This document shows, in pieces, positions 1-10,803 of a stretch of DNA of 64,000 nucleotides; positions within the stretch are counted from its first letter, which is position 1; the number at the start of each line of letters is the position of its first letter. Origin of the DNA: Leptospira sp. (lineage in GTDB: Bacteria > Spirochaetota > Leptospiria > Leptospirales > Leptospiraceae); the NCBI GenBank assembly GCA_034439575.1, contig JAWXAQ010000012.1, positions 96,001 through 160,000 of the forward strand, given 5' to 3'. A program made the position numbers and the translations under genes. The notes below the pieces were generated by a model that was not told the DNA's origin, made no database searches, and worked only from the letters and a program-made list of their open reading frames with translations.

Positions 1-828
1 ATAAAAGATGGAATATTGTATTTACCTATTGATCTTGTAGAAGCAATTTTTTTGAATCTGATCGCTTATGATTTTCGTTATAAATTTAAAGAGAATGAAT
101 TGCTCGTCGATGTGCCAAAGGAACCTATCCCTAAAAGAAATATCAATGTTAAAGCCATCATCATCGATCCAGGTCATGGGGGGAAAGATCCAGGAACATC
201 GGACACGAGCGGTTATTTTGAAAAAGAAGTTAGCCTTGGTGTGGCAAAATATTTATATTTGTATCTTCGAAAATATTATCCAGAAATACGTCTTCATTTA
301 ACAAGAAAGAACGATACATTTATAGAATTGGAAGAACGTTCCAAACAAGCAAATTCACTGCTCCGTGATACACGTGACTCTATATTTGTATCTCTTCATT
401 GCAATGCCTCATTAAATGAAAAAGCTGGCGGATTTGAAATTTATTATCTTTCTCAAACACCTAGTACGGAGCAGGCGAGAGAAACAGCTTTGATAGAAAA
501 TAAATTTGTAGGTCCAAATAGCAACCGGGTAGTAAGTGCGATCCAATCACAAATGCTTTCCAGTGTGACCCAAAGGCGTTCCAAAAAACTGGCAGATGCG
601 GTTGAGTTGGAATATGGGAAAGGATTAATGAATACACTTTCTTCGAGAGGGGTCAAAAAGGCAGATTTTTCTGTCTTGCGAGGAAGCCTTATGCCTGCCG
701 TATTGATAGAAATGGGGTATTTAACAAACCCAGAAGAAAGTAAAATTCTAAAAGATAAGAACTTTCAGAAAAAGATTGCACGCAGTATCATAAAGGGAAT
801 CCGCTCGTATGCTTCATCCAAAGATTAA
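1..828 (+). CDS. N-acetylmuramoyl-L-alanine amidase (Amidase_3/AmiC-like), 5'-truncated by the window edge
   Basis: Zn-amidase motifs IIDPGHGGKDPG, EK, SLHCNA and MPAVLIEMGY; the frame is open from base 1. Confidence 0.92.
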   Translation: MKDGILYLPIDLVEAIFLNLIAYDFRYKFKENELLVDVPKEPIPKRNINVKAIIIDPGHGGKDPGTSDTSGYFEKEVSLGVAKYLYLYLRKYYPEIRLHLTRKNDTFIELEERSKQANSLLRDTRDSIFVSLHCNASLNEKAGGFEIYYLSQTPSTEQARETALIENKFVGPNSNRVVSAIQSQMLSSVTQRRSKKLADAVELEYGKGLMNTLSSRGVKKADFSVLRGSLMPAVLIEMGYLTNPEESKILKDKNFQKKIARSIIKGIRSYASSKD

Positions 829-1630
829 AGAATATTCCACTCTTACCAAAAGTAAAATAAACACTTGGATCAAACGTTTTTATAATATAGGTACAGAAAA
901 AGAAAAAACTAGTCGTGAATTCCAATTTTTATTTTTATCTTGGTTTTTCTTATTACTCTTTTTTACGTTTTTTATTTTAGCAGAAAAAAATCCCTTCAAT
1001 CTTCTTGTTCCATTTAATGTTTTCCAAGTCCCACATAACGATAGCCGTGATGAAATTAAAATTTTTATCTCTGATGGAGATAAAAATCAGATTCCCGTGA
1101 TTCGAAAATTGTTAGTGAGTGAAGATAAGGATATATTTATCAACCAATTGATCAGTGAAGTCGGTTCACCGCCATATTTTTCTGTAGAAGAAAGTGCTTC
1201 CTTAAAAGATAAAATATTTTCACCAAAAAAATTATTGGACCTTCATGATTCGATCAAATCGATTTGGTTCCGTGAAAATAATACAAAACTCATTCTTGAT
1301 TGGAACTATGGACAATTGGAATCCGTGATGTCTGGATATCGATTGCCACAAAATCGCGCATCGAGTTTGGAATTGGAAGAAGATTCTCAAACAAGTGCAC
1401 CGATAGATACCATCACTTATTATTCTGGTGGTGAAACTCTGAAAAGAGAAGATGAATCGGTTACCCAAAGCCGTAGACTAAAAGCTCTGTCTGCAACATT
1501 TAAGGCCATAGATGCGACACTTTTCCTGAATTTTCCTGAATTAAAGATCATCGAACATCATTTAGACGGAAATCGAAAACCGATTTTAGGTTTGGATTAT
1601 TTGATTCAAGATCAAAAATTAAGAGAATAA
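809..1630 (+). CDS. Membrane-anchored hypothetical protein, possibly GerMN-like periplasmic domain
   Basis: One TM segment (FLFLSWFFLLLFFTFFILA) then a soluble domain; overlaps the amidase stop; amidase+GerMN pairing is a common arrangement. Confidence 0.6.
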   Translation: MLHPKIKEYSTLTKSKINTWIKRFYNIGTEKEKTSREFQFLFLSWFFLLLFFTFFILAEKNPFNLLVPFNVFQVPHNDSRDEIKIFISDGDKNQIPVIRKLLVSEDKDIFINQLISEVGSPPYFSVEESASLKDKIFSPKKLLDLHDSIKSIWFRENNTKLILDWNYGQLESVMSGYRLPQNRASSLELEEDSQTSAPIDTITYYSGGETLKREDESVTQSRRLKALSATFKAIDATLFLNFPELKIIEHHLDGNRKPILGLDYLIQDQKLRE

Positions 1631-1637
1631 AGGTAAA

Positions 1638-3647
1638 TTACGGATCTACCCACATATCATTTGCTTTGATCAGTTCGATTAATTTTTCAGTGGCTTCTAT
1701 TTCAGAAACTCCTTTCATAACGATTTCTTTTCCTTTGTAGAGATGCACTTTGCCAATGCCTGCTCCCACATAACCAAAGTCAGCATCTGCCATCTCTCCA
1801 GGTCCATTGACAATACATCCCATTACAGCTATTTTAACGCCCTTTAGGTGGCCTGTAAAAGATTTGATTTTGGCCGTTGTTGATTGTAAATCAAACATAG
1901 TCCTTCCACAAGAGGGACAAGAAATATATTCCGTTTTCGTAAGTCTCAGTCTTGTTGCTTGTAAAATATCATAACTCAATATTAATGTAGATTCATAGTT
2001 TGGTTCTTGTAAGCGAATACGAATCGTATCACCGATACCATCAAGTAACAGACCACCGAAATGCACCGAACTTTGGTAAAGTGCCTCTTCTTCATTTTCG
2101 TAAATATTTGTCAATATGATAGGAAAGTCTGAATCTTTCAGGGCAAAGGCAAGTTTACGTGTTCCGAGCAGAGTGGTATCTTGCAATGAGAAGGCGATAT
2201 TTTGAATTTTTCTTTTCCGTATTTCTGCAAGTAAATGCGTTACATTGGGAATTTCTGACTCTTGGATGGAAAATTCGACAGACCTTTGGTCTTTTGCATA
2301 GGTTACTAAATAATCAAAAAATTGTAATCCAGTTTCAGAATTTGAATCTTTTGGGTCCCAAATTAAAAATGGATTCACTACCCATTTTTGAAACGCAAAC
2401 AACTCCTCGGTGATGCTTTCATATTGATTTACCAGTTCATCACTTAAAGAAAAACTAACTGGATTTGGAATCTGTTTTTTTGACTTTAAGGAAGATGCGG
2501 CAATCACAGCTAGCTCATCGTTCAATTGGAAAAATACAATTTCATTGTTTTTACTAGATGAGAGTCCCTTTTCATTATTAGATAAAATTTCGGAAACTGT
2601 CTCTAATCCAAAAAATGGAAATTCCGTCTCAACTCGTACTGGGTGTTTATCACCAATTGGCATTTCACCTAATTCTAGTTCACGGGAATAAAACCTTGAA
2701 TATACAAATGGATCTCTAAATTCTAAATAATGGGAAGAGGGGATGGAATTCGTATTTTGGAAAATTTCATTGTATTTTTTGACAAGGGCTTTCGCTACGG
2801 GAATTTCCGCGACTGCATCTTCTGTGAGCGAGACTCGTATTGTATCTCCAAGGCCTTCTTCTAGGAGGGCTCCAATTCCCATTGCCGATTTGATACGCCC
2901 ATCTTTACCATCTCCAGCTTCAGTGACACCAAGGTGCAAAGGATAATCCATAGAAAGCTCATAGAACCGAGAAACTAACAAACGATAGGCCTGGATCATA
3001 ACTTGCGGGTTGGATGCTTTCATCGAAACAACAATATCTTTATACTGGTTTCTTTCAGCGATGCGAATGAATTCAAGTGCACTCTCAACCATACCAAGTG
3101 GAGTATCACCAAAACGATTCATAATTCTGTCACTGAGAGAACCATGGTTTGTGCCAATGCGCATAGAGACACCTAGTTCTTTTGCCCGCATAACAAGGGG
3201 TGTAAATACCTCTTCTATTCTTTCCAATTCTTCTTCGTATTCTTTATCCGAATACTCTATGATATCAAATTTTTTTTTGTCTGCAAAATTGCCTGGATTG
3301 ATGCGAACTTTTTCAACCCATTCCACACATTTCAAAGCGACTTGTGGGGTGAAATGTATGTCTGCGACGAGAGGAACTTTGAGCCCCAGTTCCTTCATTC
3401 GTTTTCTGATATTTGGTAAATTATCAGCATCGGCTTGGCTTGGAACAGTAAGCCGGACTATCTCTGATCCAATTTTTTCAAGTGCGGATATTTGAGAAAT
3501 ACTAGCATCCGTATCTCTCGTGTTAGACGTAATCATGGATTGAATGCGAATCGGATTTTTTCCACCGATCCCGACATCTCCCACTTTGACTTCACGAGTC
3601 GGACGGCGTTTATAGAAAAAAGGGGACTCATTGTATTTCGGGTTCAT
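1638..3647 (-). CDS. ispG: (E)-4-hydroxy-3-methylbut-2-enyl-diphosphate synthase, long (three-domain) form
   Basis: [63 protein letters not shown]; 669 aa with an inserted second barrel-like region. Confidence 0.97.
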   Translation of the reverse strand: MNPKYNESPFFYKRRPTREVKVGDVGIGGKNPIRIQSMITSNTRDTDASISQISALEKIGSEIVRLTVPSQADADNLPNIRKRMKELGLKVPLVADIHFTPQVALKCVEWVEKVRINPGNFADKKKFDIIEYSDKEYEEELERIEEVFTPLVMRAKELGVSMRIGTNHGSLSDRIMNRFGDTPLGMVESALEFIRIAERNQYKDIVVSMKASNPQVMIQAYRLLVSRFYELSMDYPLHLGVTEAGDGKDGRIKSAMGIGALLEEGLGDTIRVSLTEDAVAEIPVAKALVKKYNEIFQNTNSIPSSHYLEFRDPFVYSRFYSRELELGEMPIGDKHPVRVETEFPFFGLETVSEILSNNEKGLSSSKNNEIVFFQLNDELAVIAASSLKSKKQIPNPVSFSLSDELVNQYESITEELFAFQKWVVNPFLIWDPKDSNSETGLQFFDYLVTYAKDQRSVEFSIQESEIPNVTHLLAEIRKRKIQNIAFSLQDTTLLGTRKLAFALKDSDFPIILTNIYENEEEALYQSSVHFGGLLLDGIGDTIRIRLQEPNYESTLILSYDILQATRLRLTKTEYISCPSCGRTMFDLQSTTAKIKSFTGHLKGVKIAVMGCIVNGPGEMADADFGYVGAGIGKVHLYKGKEIVMKGVSEIEATEKLIELIKANDMWVDP

Positions 3648-3784
3648 AGCTTTCTTATGGTCTCATTATCTATAAATTTTGGAGCGAAAAATTGGGCAAG
3701 CTTTCGAATTTTTGAGGGAACTTTCAATTTCGCACCTCCCTTGGTCGAAACTTATAATAGGGATCACCTACACTGCGATAAGAC

Positions 3785-4069
3785 ATGAATGTTGAAGTAA
3801 AATCAAATATACGCCGAAAATACCGAGTGCAAGTAACGGTTGCCATTTACCGCGAAGGAAATCTGTCTTATAAAAGTGAAATTCTATCACCGGCATTTTA
3901 TTCAAAACGAACAGAAGCGAGAGATCACATTCGCCAAGAAATTAGAGAAAGGCTCGCTCATTCTCGTTTTTTTAGGTCGGCGCGGCTGGATTATGATTTA
4001 GTTCGTTATACGGAAGAAGGTACTTGCAATACCTATTTACGTTATTCCATCCAAGATACGGAAATTTGA
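3785..4069 (+). CDS. Small basic hypothetical protein
   Basis: 94-aa ORF divergent from ispG, TATAAT at 3753-3758 upstream; its TGA overlaps the TTG start of mutY. Confidence 0.7.
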   Translation: MNVEVKSNIRRKYRVQVTVAIYREGNLSYKSEILSPAFYSKRTEARDHIRQEIRERLAHSRFFRSARLDYDLVRYTEEGTCNTYLRYSIQDTEI

Positions 4070-5139
4070 ATTCGAAACAAAAACTCCACTCTTGGTTTTT
4101 AATCAATAAGCGAGATTTACCATTTAGAAACAAAAAAACCGCATATCACATTTGGATTTCCGAAGTGATGTTGCAACAAACAAGGGTAACCGCCATGTTA
4201 CCTCTTTACAACAAATTCATAGAAACATTTCCGAACGTGGAAACACTTGCCCAAGCTACGGAAGAAGAAGTTTTGTCTGCCTGGCAAGGACTTGGATATT
4301 ATAGCAGAGCACGAAATATCCGTAAGGCGGCTATATATTTACAACAGAACTTTAATGGAAGTTTTCCGAAACAATTAGATGAAATTTTGAAGGTTCCAGG
4401 AATTGGGCCCTATACGGCACGCGCGGTGCTTTCAATCGCCTATGATTTACCATATGCAGTACTCGATGGGAATGTGAAACGAGTGCTTGCTCGCTTTTTT
4501 TTATATCATAAAAATATACTAGGTTCCACAGCAGATAGGGACTTGCAAATATTAGCCGATTCATTTTTGAATACCGAAGCACCTGGTGACCATAACCAAG
4601 CTTTGATGGAGTTAGGGGCCACACTTTGTTTGCCCGAAAATCCGAAGTGTTTGCTTTGTCCCTTACGCGGGGCCTGCAAAGCGGAAAAAGATAATCTTAC
4701 GAAAGAGATTCCTATACGCGACAAAGAAAAAAAACAAATCGAATTAAGTGGCAAAATCTATTGGATTGAATGGGAGAATAAAATACTACTTATCCGACAG
4801 AAAAATCCTAGGTTTTTGAAAGGTATGTTCGTATTACCGATGTTTTTTGATGGGGATCTTCCCTCTACATTGTATGAGTCTACAAATTCTATGAATGAAA
4901 TGATTTTTGAATTAAAATATAAATCCTTACCCAAATTGATCAAACACACCATCACTCACCATAAATTTTCATTAAGTGTAAATTTTGTAAAAATTGATGA
5001 CCTCAATCAGCATAAAGTTTTTTTAAAAAAATTTGAAGATTTGGAATACAAATGGATTCCTATTGCCTCCCTAACATCCGAATTTCCTTCCTCTCTTGCC
5101 AAAAAAGTTTTAGCAGTGATCGCAAATGAATTGTATTGA
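4066..5139 (+). CDS. mutY: A/G-specific adenine glycosylase
   Basis: WISEVMLQQTRV, WQGLGYYSRARN, HhH PGIGPYTA, DGNVKRV, 4Fe-4S CLPENPKCLLCPLRGAC; start placed at TTG 4066 (TTGA overlap). Confidence 0.95.
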   Translation: MNSKQKLHSWFLINKRDLPFRNKKTAYHIWISEVMLQQTRVTAMLPLYNKFIETFPNVETLAQATEEEVLSAWQGLGYYSRARNIRKAAIYLQQNFNGSFPKQLDEILKVPGIGPYTARAVLSIAYDLPYAVLDGNVKRVLARFFLYHKNILGSTADRDLQILADSFLNTEAPGDHNQALMELGATLCLPENPKCLLCPLRGACKAEKDNLTKEIPIRDKEKKQIELSGKIYWIEWENKILLIRQKNPRFLKGMFVLPMFFDGDLPSTLYESTNSMNEMIFELKYKSLPKLIKHTITHHKFSLSVNFVKIDDLNQHKVFLKKFEDLEYKWIPIASLTSEFPSSLAKKVLAVIANELY

Positions 5140-5401
5140 TCCTTCGCAACACCGATTGTAGCGGAAATCCTTCCGTTAATAGAAGTTAGTTTGCATTTGT
5201 ATAGTTTTTCGGAAGATTGGAGCGAAAAGCGGGGTCGCGTATGCCGAATCATTTTCATATACTAACTTATGCGAGTTGCCCTAGGTTATAGAGATTCATG
5301 AGAGATTAGGATTTTCTAAAAAAAATGGGAAAGTGATCTATTTTTGAAAATCAAAATTCCCTAGACAGTTGTATAGAAGTAAAAAGTCTAATCATTAGAC
5401 C

Positions 5402-5677
5402 ATGCGTACTATCTATATTAGACAACTCCGTTTCGAAGAGGCACGCATCAAACTGGAAAGAGAAATGAATGATGCCTTTATGGAAGGGGAATCCTTTGTC
5501 GAAATTATGCATGGTATCGGGGAAGGGATTTTAAAAAGAATGGCGATTGACTATGTACAGTCCTGCGGTTTTTTGAAATTAGTTGAGCGTGATCCGATGT
5601 TTCGTGGCAATCCGGGAACGACATTGGTTGAGGTGCTTGCTCCGTCTCGCGAATACATCAATCGGCTAAAAAAATGA
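5402..5677 (+). CDS. Stand-alone Smr/MutS2-domain protein
   Basis: EIMHGIGEGILKR...GNPGTTLV matches the Smr domain signature (IIHGKGxGxLK...GGxGAT). Confidence 0.85.
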   Translation: MRTIYIRQLRFEEARIKLEREMNDAFMEGESFVEIMHGIGEGILKRMAIDYVQSCGFLKLVERDPMFRGNPGTTLVEVLAPSREYINRLKK

Positions 5678-7203
5678 CTTCTATCAATCAAAATATACAA
5701 ATTTTAGATGTCACACTTCGTGATGGCGAACAAACCAATGGGGTTTCGTTTTCTTGGGAACAGAAATTAAATATCACTAAATTTTTGTTATGTGACTTGA
5801 AAGTGGATCGAGTGGAAATCGCAAGTGCTCGTGTTTCGCCTGGGGAATTTGAAGCGGTTAAAAAAATTATATCTTGGTCGAAGGCGGAAGGTCTACACGA
5901 CAAAATAGAAATCCTTGGGTTTGTGGATATTGATAAAACTGTCAATTGGATGAAAGATACAGGTGTGAAAGTTTTGAATCTTTTAACAAAAGGCTCACTT
6001 AATCATCTAACGCACCAACTACGAAAAACACCTGAAGAACATTTTAATGATATTAAAAAAACTGTAGAGAATGCGAATGAGGCAGGTATTGAAGTAAATG
6101 TTTATTTGGAAGATTGGTCCAATGGGTATTTGCATTCAAGGGATTATGTAGTCCAATACTTAGATGCTGTATCTAAATTTAAAATCAGACGTTTTTTTTT
6201 AGCAGATACTTTGGGAGTCATGTCTCCGGATGAAGTAGAATTTGCAGTGAAAGACCTTTGTGATCTTTTCCCAAATCTTTGGTTTGAGTTTCATGGACAT
6301 AATGATTATGACCTAGCGGTCGCTAATTGTTTGGCGGCAGTCAAATCTGGTGCCAAAGGTCTTCACGTGGCAGTGAATGGACTTGGTGAGAGGGCAGGGA
6401 ATTCTCCTTTGGAAGCTGTGGTTACAGCACTGCACGACAAAACAAATTTTTCCACGAAAATAATAGAAAAAGAGATAACGAATGCTTCTCGTTTGGTGGA
6501 AGTATTTTCTGGTAAACGTATCGGCGACAATCGTCCCATAGTTGGGGAAGATGTATTTACACAAACAGCAGGTGTTCATGCCGATGGAGACAAAAAAGGA
6601 AATTTATATGCGAATCCTATTTTGCCAGAACGATTTGGCCGTAGTCGTGTCTATGCTCTTGGCAAACTTGCGGGTAAAGCAAGCATCACAGAAAACTTAA
6701 AACAAATGGGTATGGTTCTTACTCCAGAAATTGAAAAAAAGGTTTTAGAAAAAGTCATAGAGCTTGGAGACCAAAACAAATCTGTCACTAAAGAAGATTT
6801 ACCCTATATCATCGCCGATATCTCAGGACAAAATTTAAACGCCTCTTTTCATATAACATCATGTCAGGTGACAAGTGGGATTGGAGTGAAACCAACCGCT
6901 AGTTTGAGTGTCATTTATAAAGATGAGGTATATACATCCGAAGGAAAGGGCGACGGCGGCTATGATGCGTTTATGAATGCTCTTGGTAAAATTTTAGAAA
7001 GACTAAAGATCAGCATACCTCCATTATATGATTATGAAGTTAGAATCCCCCCTGGTGGAAATACAAATGCTCTAGTGGAAACAGTCATCACTTGGAAACG
7101 GGAAGGGGACATCCAACCCATTCGGACTATCGGAATCGATTCCGACCAACAAGTTGCGGCCATCAAGGCAACGGAAAAACTACTTCATATTTTACTCAGT
7201 TAA
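5674..7203 (+). CDS. cimA: (R)-citramalate synthase
   Basis: DVTLRDGEQT, FHGHNDYDLA, GLGERAGN, AGVHADG and C-terminal regulatory domain DYEVRIPPGG; leptospiral CimA-type sequence. Confidence 0.9.
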   Translation: MTSINQNIQILDVTLRDGEQTNGVSFSWEQKLNITKFLLCDLKVDRVEIASARVSPGEFEAVKKIISWSKAEGLHDKIEILGFVDIDKTVNWMKDTGVKVLNLLTKGSLNHLTHQLRKTPEEHFNDIKKTVENANEAGIEVNVYLEDWSNGYLHSRDYVVQYLDAVSKFKIRRFFLADTLGVMSPDEVEFAVKDLCDLFPNLWFEFHGHNDYDLAVANCLAAVKSGAKGLHVAVNGLGERAGNSPLEAVVTALHDKTNFSTKIIEKEITNASRLVEVFSGKRIGDNRPIVGEDVFTQTAGVHADGDKKGNLYANPILPERFGRSRVYALGKLAGKASITENLKQMGMVLTPEIEKKVLEKVIELGDQNKSVTKEDLPYIIADISGQNLNASFHITSCQVTSGIGVKPTASLSVIYKDEVYTSEGKGDGGYDAFMNALGKILERLKISIPPLYDYEVRIPPGGNTNALVETVITWKREGDIQPIRTIGIDSDQQVAAIKATEKLLHILLS

Positions 7204-7206
7204 TTT

Positions 7207-7773
7207 ATGGAACATTTGTTAATAGTCGGACTCGGGAATCCTGGATCACGTTATCAAAATAACCGTCATAACATTGGTTTTATGATTGTTGATGAACTCA
7301 TATCAAAATTTTCTCTTTCATGGAAAGATACCAAAAAGTATGAGGAGAGCTCAACAAATTTTGAATCGCTGAAAGTTCATTTTTTAAAACCAAAAGAATA
7401 TATGAATCTTTCTGGCAATGCTGTTGGTTTGATCGCAAAAACTTATAAAATCCCCGCAAAACAGATACTTGTTGTCCAAGATGAAGTGGATATACCCTTT
7501 GGAAAAATCAAAAATAAAATTGGTGGTGGAACGGCTGGTCACAATGGCCTAAAGGATATCGTGGAAAAAATTGGATCAAGTGACTTCCATAGATTACGAT
7601 TTGGAGTCGGGAAACCAGAAAAAGGACAGATGGAAGTAGCCGATTTTGTCTTGCAGAACTTTAATGACGAAGAGAGACAGAAGTTAGGTGATTTCATTCA
7701 GGAGTCAGTAAAAAAATGCGAAGATTGGATCAAAACCCAATTGGTGGATATCTCTAAAGGTGATAGTAAGTAA
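7207..7773 (+). CDS. pth: Peptidyl-tRNA hydrolase
   Basis: IVGLGNPG, RHNIGF, YMNLSG, GGTAGHNGLK, RLRFGVG. Confidence 0.97.
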   Translation: MEHLLIVGLGNPGSRYQNNRHNIGFMIVDELISKFSLSWKDTKKYEESSTNFESLKVHFLKPKEYMNLSGNAVGLIAKTYKIPAKQILVVQDEVDIPFGKIKNKIGGGTAGHNGLKDIVEKIGSSDFHRLRFGVGKPEKGQMEVADFVLQNFNDEERQKLGDFIQESVKKCEDWIKTQLVDISKGDSK

Positions 7774-7776
7774 ATC

Positions 7777-8373
7777 ATGTTAAATCACTTAAACGATCAA
7801 AATCCTGATCCGAAAGAGCTCACAAAATTATTTATACAAACTTTTATCTCTATTATTTTAGTTATTGGTTTTGTTTTTGGAATAGCCTATTTTTTTCGTG
7901 AACCCTTGTTAACGTATTCAAAGGTTTTTGTGAATGAATTTGGGTACTTAGGACTTTTTTTTGGAATGATTTTGTCTGATAGTTTGCCTGCCTTTATTCC
8001 CCCTGATGCCTTTCTTATGCTTTCCATCAGTGGGGATCTAAATTCCATTTATACGATCACTGCTATGTCTATAGGAAGTATCATTGGTGGATCCATTGCC
8101 TATCTCATTGGTCGATTCTTAATTCCCAGATTCCATTTGGGACGAAAATTTGTTCTCAACTATGAAGATAAATTTCTTCCTTATGTTAGACGTTACGGTT
8201 TTTTTGCGGTTGTAATAGCGGCACTCACACCAATCCCTTATTCCTGGATGGCATATACGGTCGGAACATTTAAGATGCCGTTTCGGTTATTTTTTCTTGG
8301 TTCACTTTTTCGGATCATTCGCATCACTATTTACTATTATGCTATTTTAATTGGATGGATTTCTGGGGCATAA
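7777..8373 (+). CDS. DedA/VTT (YqaA-like) membrane protein
   Basis: Several TM segments; GSIIGGSIAYLIGR and ALTPIPYSW motifs. Confidence 0.8.
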   Translation: MLNHLNDQNPDPKELTKLFIQTFISIILVIGFVFGIAYFFREPLLTYSKVFVNEFGYLGLFFGMILSDSLPAFIPPDAFLMLSISGDLNSIYTITAMSIGSIIGGSIAYLIGRFLIPRFHLGRKFVLNYEDKFLPYVRRYGFFAVVIAALTPIPYSWMAYTVGTFKMPFRLFFLGSLFRIIRITIYYYAILIGWISGA

Positions 8374-8595
8374 ATGTCAGAGAATCGTTTATTTCCAAAG
8401 TCGGTGGATGAAATCATTTTTGAAAAAGTAAAATTTTTTTTCCTACCAGAAAGGACGACTGCTCTCATTAAAAACATAATAGAAGGAAAGGTATCCGAAC
8501 GTTCTCTGATCTGTTGTCATTCAGGTTGTGATGTTTGTAATGAAACCATATACAAATGTTATGTGGCAGTTAAAACCGAATTAGAAAAAGTATAG
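8374..8595 (+). CDS. Small Cys-cluster protein (oxidoreductase-like N-terminal domain type)
   Basis: CCHSGCDVC motif; abuts the flanking genes of an operon. Confidence 0.6.
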   Translation: MSENRLFPKSVDEIIFEKVKFFFLPERTTALIKNIIEGKVSERSLICCHSGCDVCNETIYKCYVAVKTELEKV

Positions 8596-8598
8596 ATT

Positions 8599-9867
8599 AT
8601 GGATTCCTTATTCCCAAAACCTGAAAAACAAATCCCTCTCGCCCATAGATTGCGACCCAAAGATTGGGATGGATTTTTTGGTCAAAAAAAAGTTGTAACT
8701 CAATTAAAAAATTTATCAAAACCAACTTCGATCATATTCTATGGTCCACCGGGCACTGGCAAAACAACATTAGCACATATAATCGTAGATAGGTGGTCTC
8801 TCCCTAAACGATTTTTGTCGGCTGTTACAAGTGGAGTGAAAGACATACGTGAAGTCATAGAAGAATCAAAGAAAATCGGAACCATTGCCCTCTTTATTGA
8901 TGAGATTCACCGTTTTTCTTCGGCCCAACAAGATGCCCTTTTGCCCTCTGTCGAAGAAGGGGATTTGGTTCTTGTTTCTGCCACAACGGAAAATCCGTCT
9001 TTTCGCATCAACAGAGCCTTACTTAGCAGAACACAAGTATATCGTCTTGAAGCATTGTCAGAATCAGAAAATTTGGAAATTTTCAAAAATGCACTTCTAA
9101 CACTTGGAGAAAACAAAACATTTACAGCAGGTGCAGAACAGGCGATCATCAATGCGGCAAATGGAGATGGAAGAAAGCTTATCGGAATCCTAGAATCGGT
9201 TTTTTCTTTGCCAAGGGAAAAAATAAATATTGAAGAAAGTGACATTGATTTATTGTTAGGTGCTAGACTTTTGAATTATGATAAAAACAAAGACCAACAT
9301 TATGATGTGATCTCTGCTTTTATTAAATCACTCAGAGGATCAGATCCCGATGCCGCCTTACTTTATTTAGCTATTATGCTAGAAGGTGGTGAAGACCCAC
9401 TTTTTATAGCTCGGAGGCTCGTTGTATTTGCAAGCGAAGATGTAGGAAATGCTTCAGTTCATGCACTCACTTTAGCGGTCTCAACTTGGCAAGCCGTGGA
9501 AAGGATAGGTATGCCAGAAGCAAGAATCCCCCTTGGGCAATGTGTGACATTTCTTGCCAGTGCACCAAAATCAAATTCGAGTTATGTGGCGATTGATGAT
9601 GCCTTAAATTTTGTCAGAGAACAAAAATTTTCTTATACGATCCCAAATCATTTGCGCAATGCTCCGACAGCGACACATCGAAATGAGGGCGCGGGAATTG
9701 GTTACAAGTATCCCCATAATTTTAATGAACATTTTGTCTTAGAAAACTATTTCCCTGAAGAATTGAAACACAAACCTCCTTTATTTTATAAACCGACAGA
9801 ACAAGGTATGGAAAAACATTTGCGAGAGAATTTACGAAAACTTTGGGGCATTAAAAAGGATTTATAA
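8599..9867 (+). CDS. rarA: Replication-associated recombination protein A (AAA+ ATPase)
   Basis: PLAHRLRP, GPPGTGKTT, FIDEIHRF, ATTENPSF, SAFIKSLRGSDPDA, ASEDVG, APKSNS. Confidence 0.96.
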   Translation: MDSLFPKPEKQIPLAHRLRPKDWDGFFGQKKVVTQLKNLSKPTSIIFYGPPGTGKTTLAHIIVDRWSLPKRFLSAVTSGVKDIREVIEESKKIGTIALFIDEIHRFSSAQQDALLPSVEEGDLVLVSATTENPSFRINRALLSRTQVYRLEALSESENLEIFKNALLTLGENKTFTAGAEQAIINAANGDGRKLIGILESVFSLPREKINIEESDIDLLLGARLLNYDKNKDQHYDVISAFIKSLRGSDPDAALLYLAIMLEGGEDPLFIARRLVVFASEDVGNASVHALTLAVSTWQAVERIGMPEARIPLGQCVTFLASAPKSNSSYVAIDDALNFVREQKFSYTIPNHLRNAPTATHRNEGAGIGYKYPHNFNEHFVLENYFPEELKHKPPLFYKPTEQGMEKHLRENLRKLWGIKKDL

Positions 9868-9870
9868 TCT

Positions 9871-10287
9871 ATGGAAAAAAAACCATTTTGTTTTTCCATT
9901 CGTGTTCGCTATTCAGAAGTGGATAGCCAAGGGATCGTTTTCAACGCCAATTATCTGAATTATTTTGATATTTTGGTCGGAGAATACTTCCGCGAAAAAG
10001 TGGGTAGTTACAAGGATTTTGTAGAAACAAAAGAACAAGATTACCATGTGATTCGTTCCCTCATTGAATACCGTAATCCTGCCCGGTATGACGATGTCCT
10101 TTTATTCACTATGACGGGAACTTGCAAGGGACCGAAGATTTTTTGGAAGATAAAGGCTCGGCTCGGAGAAAAAACCATCTGCGAAGCCGAATTGGACTAT
10201 ATCGCCGTTCATACCAAGACGGGAAAAGTAACGAGTATCTTAGATGAGATTGCAAAGCTTTTGGACTTGCAATCAGTAGATTTATAA
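9871..10287 (+). CDS. Acyl-CoA thioesterase (YbgC/FadM hot-dog fold)
   Basis: VRYSEVDSQGIVFNANYLNYF, PARYDD. Confidence 0.88.
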   Translation: MEKKPFCFSIRVRYSEVDSQGIVFNANYLNYFDILVGEYFREKVGSYKDFVETKEQDYHVIRSLIEYRNPARYDDVLLFTMTGTCKGPKIFWKIKARLGEKTICEAELDYIAVHTKTGKVTSILDEIAKLLDLQSVDL

Positions 10288-10389
10288 AGTTTCAAAATTT
10301 TGAGACCAATTCTCAGTGTTGGGAAAATGCGAAATCTAGGGAATCAAAAAAGACCTTAGCACGATTTCTTTAGCAAATACAATCTCGCC

Positions 10390-10418
10390 TTGACAGGAGC
10401 ATATGGAGATGCGATCCT
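10390..10418 (+). promoter_or_regulatory. Putative sigma-70 promoter of the nuo operon
   Basis: Perfect TTGACA at 10390-10395, 36 nt before the nuoA ATG; -10 is weak (TGcGATCCT). Confidence 0.4.
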
Positions 10419-10425
10419 TCAAACA

Positions 10426-10803
10426 ATGGGTTCAGCACCTGATAGTTTTGCACCAATCCTCCTCCAACTTGCTCTGGGAATCGGTTTCTCAGGTATTATC
10501 TTATCTCTAGCCTTTCTCTTAAATCCGAAAAAAAAATCAAAACCACAAGATACCTTTGAATGTGGTGTGACCTATTACGGAGATGCGAGAGGACTTTTTA
10601 ACATTAAGTTTTATTTGGTGGCCGTCTTATTCATATTATTCGACATCGAAGCTGTGTTTTTATACCCATGGGCTGTGAATTTAATTAACTTTAAAAATGC
10701 AGGACTCGGTGGTTTTTTTCTTATCGAAATGTTTTTCTTTCTTTTGATTCTTGTGGTGGGTCTATACTATATATGGAAAAAGGGAGCACTTGAATGGGAT
10801 TAA
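10426..10803 (+). CDS. nuoA: NADH-quinone oxidoreductase subunit A
   Basis: [36 protein letters not shown] at 10426. Confidence 0.96.
   Translation: MGSAPDSFAPILLQLALGIGFSGIILSLAFLLNPKKKSKPQDTFECGVTYYGDARGLFNIKFYLVAVLFILFDIEAVFLYPWAVNLINFKNAGLGGFFLIEMFFFLLILVVGLYYIWKKGALEWD

Noticed and set aside
1638-3647. Unusually long IspG
   Set aside because: The three-domain form is a known variant, not a novelty
10390-10425. Extended nuoA N-terminus from TTG 10390
   Set aside because: The TTG is part of TTGACA; ATG 10426 gives a normal-length NuoA
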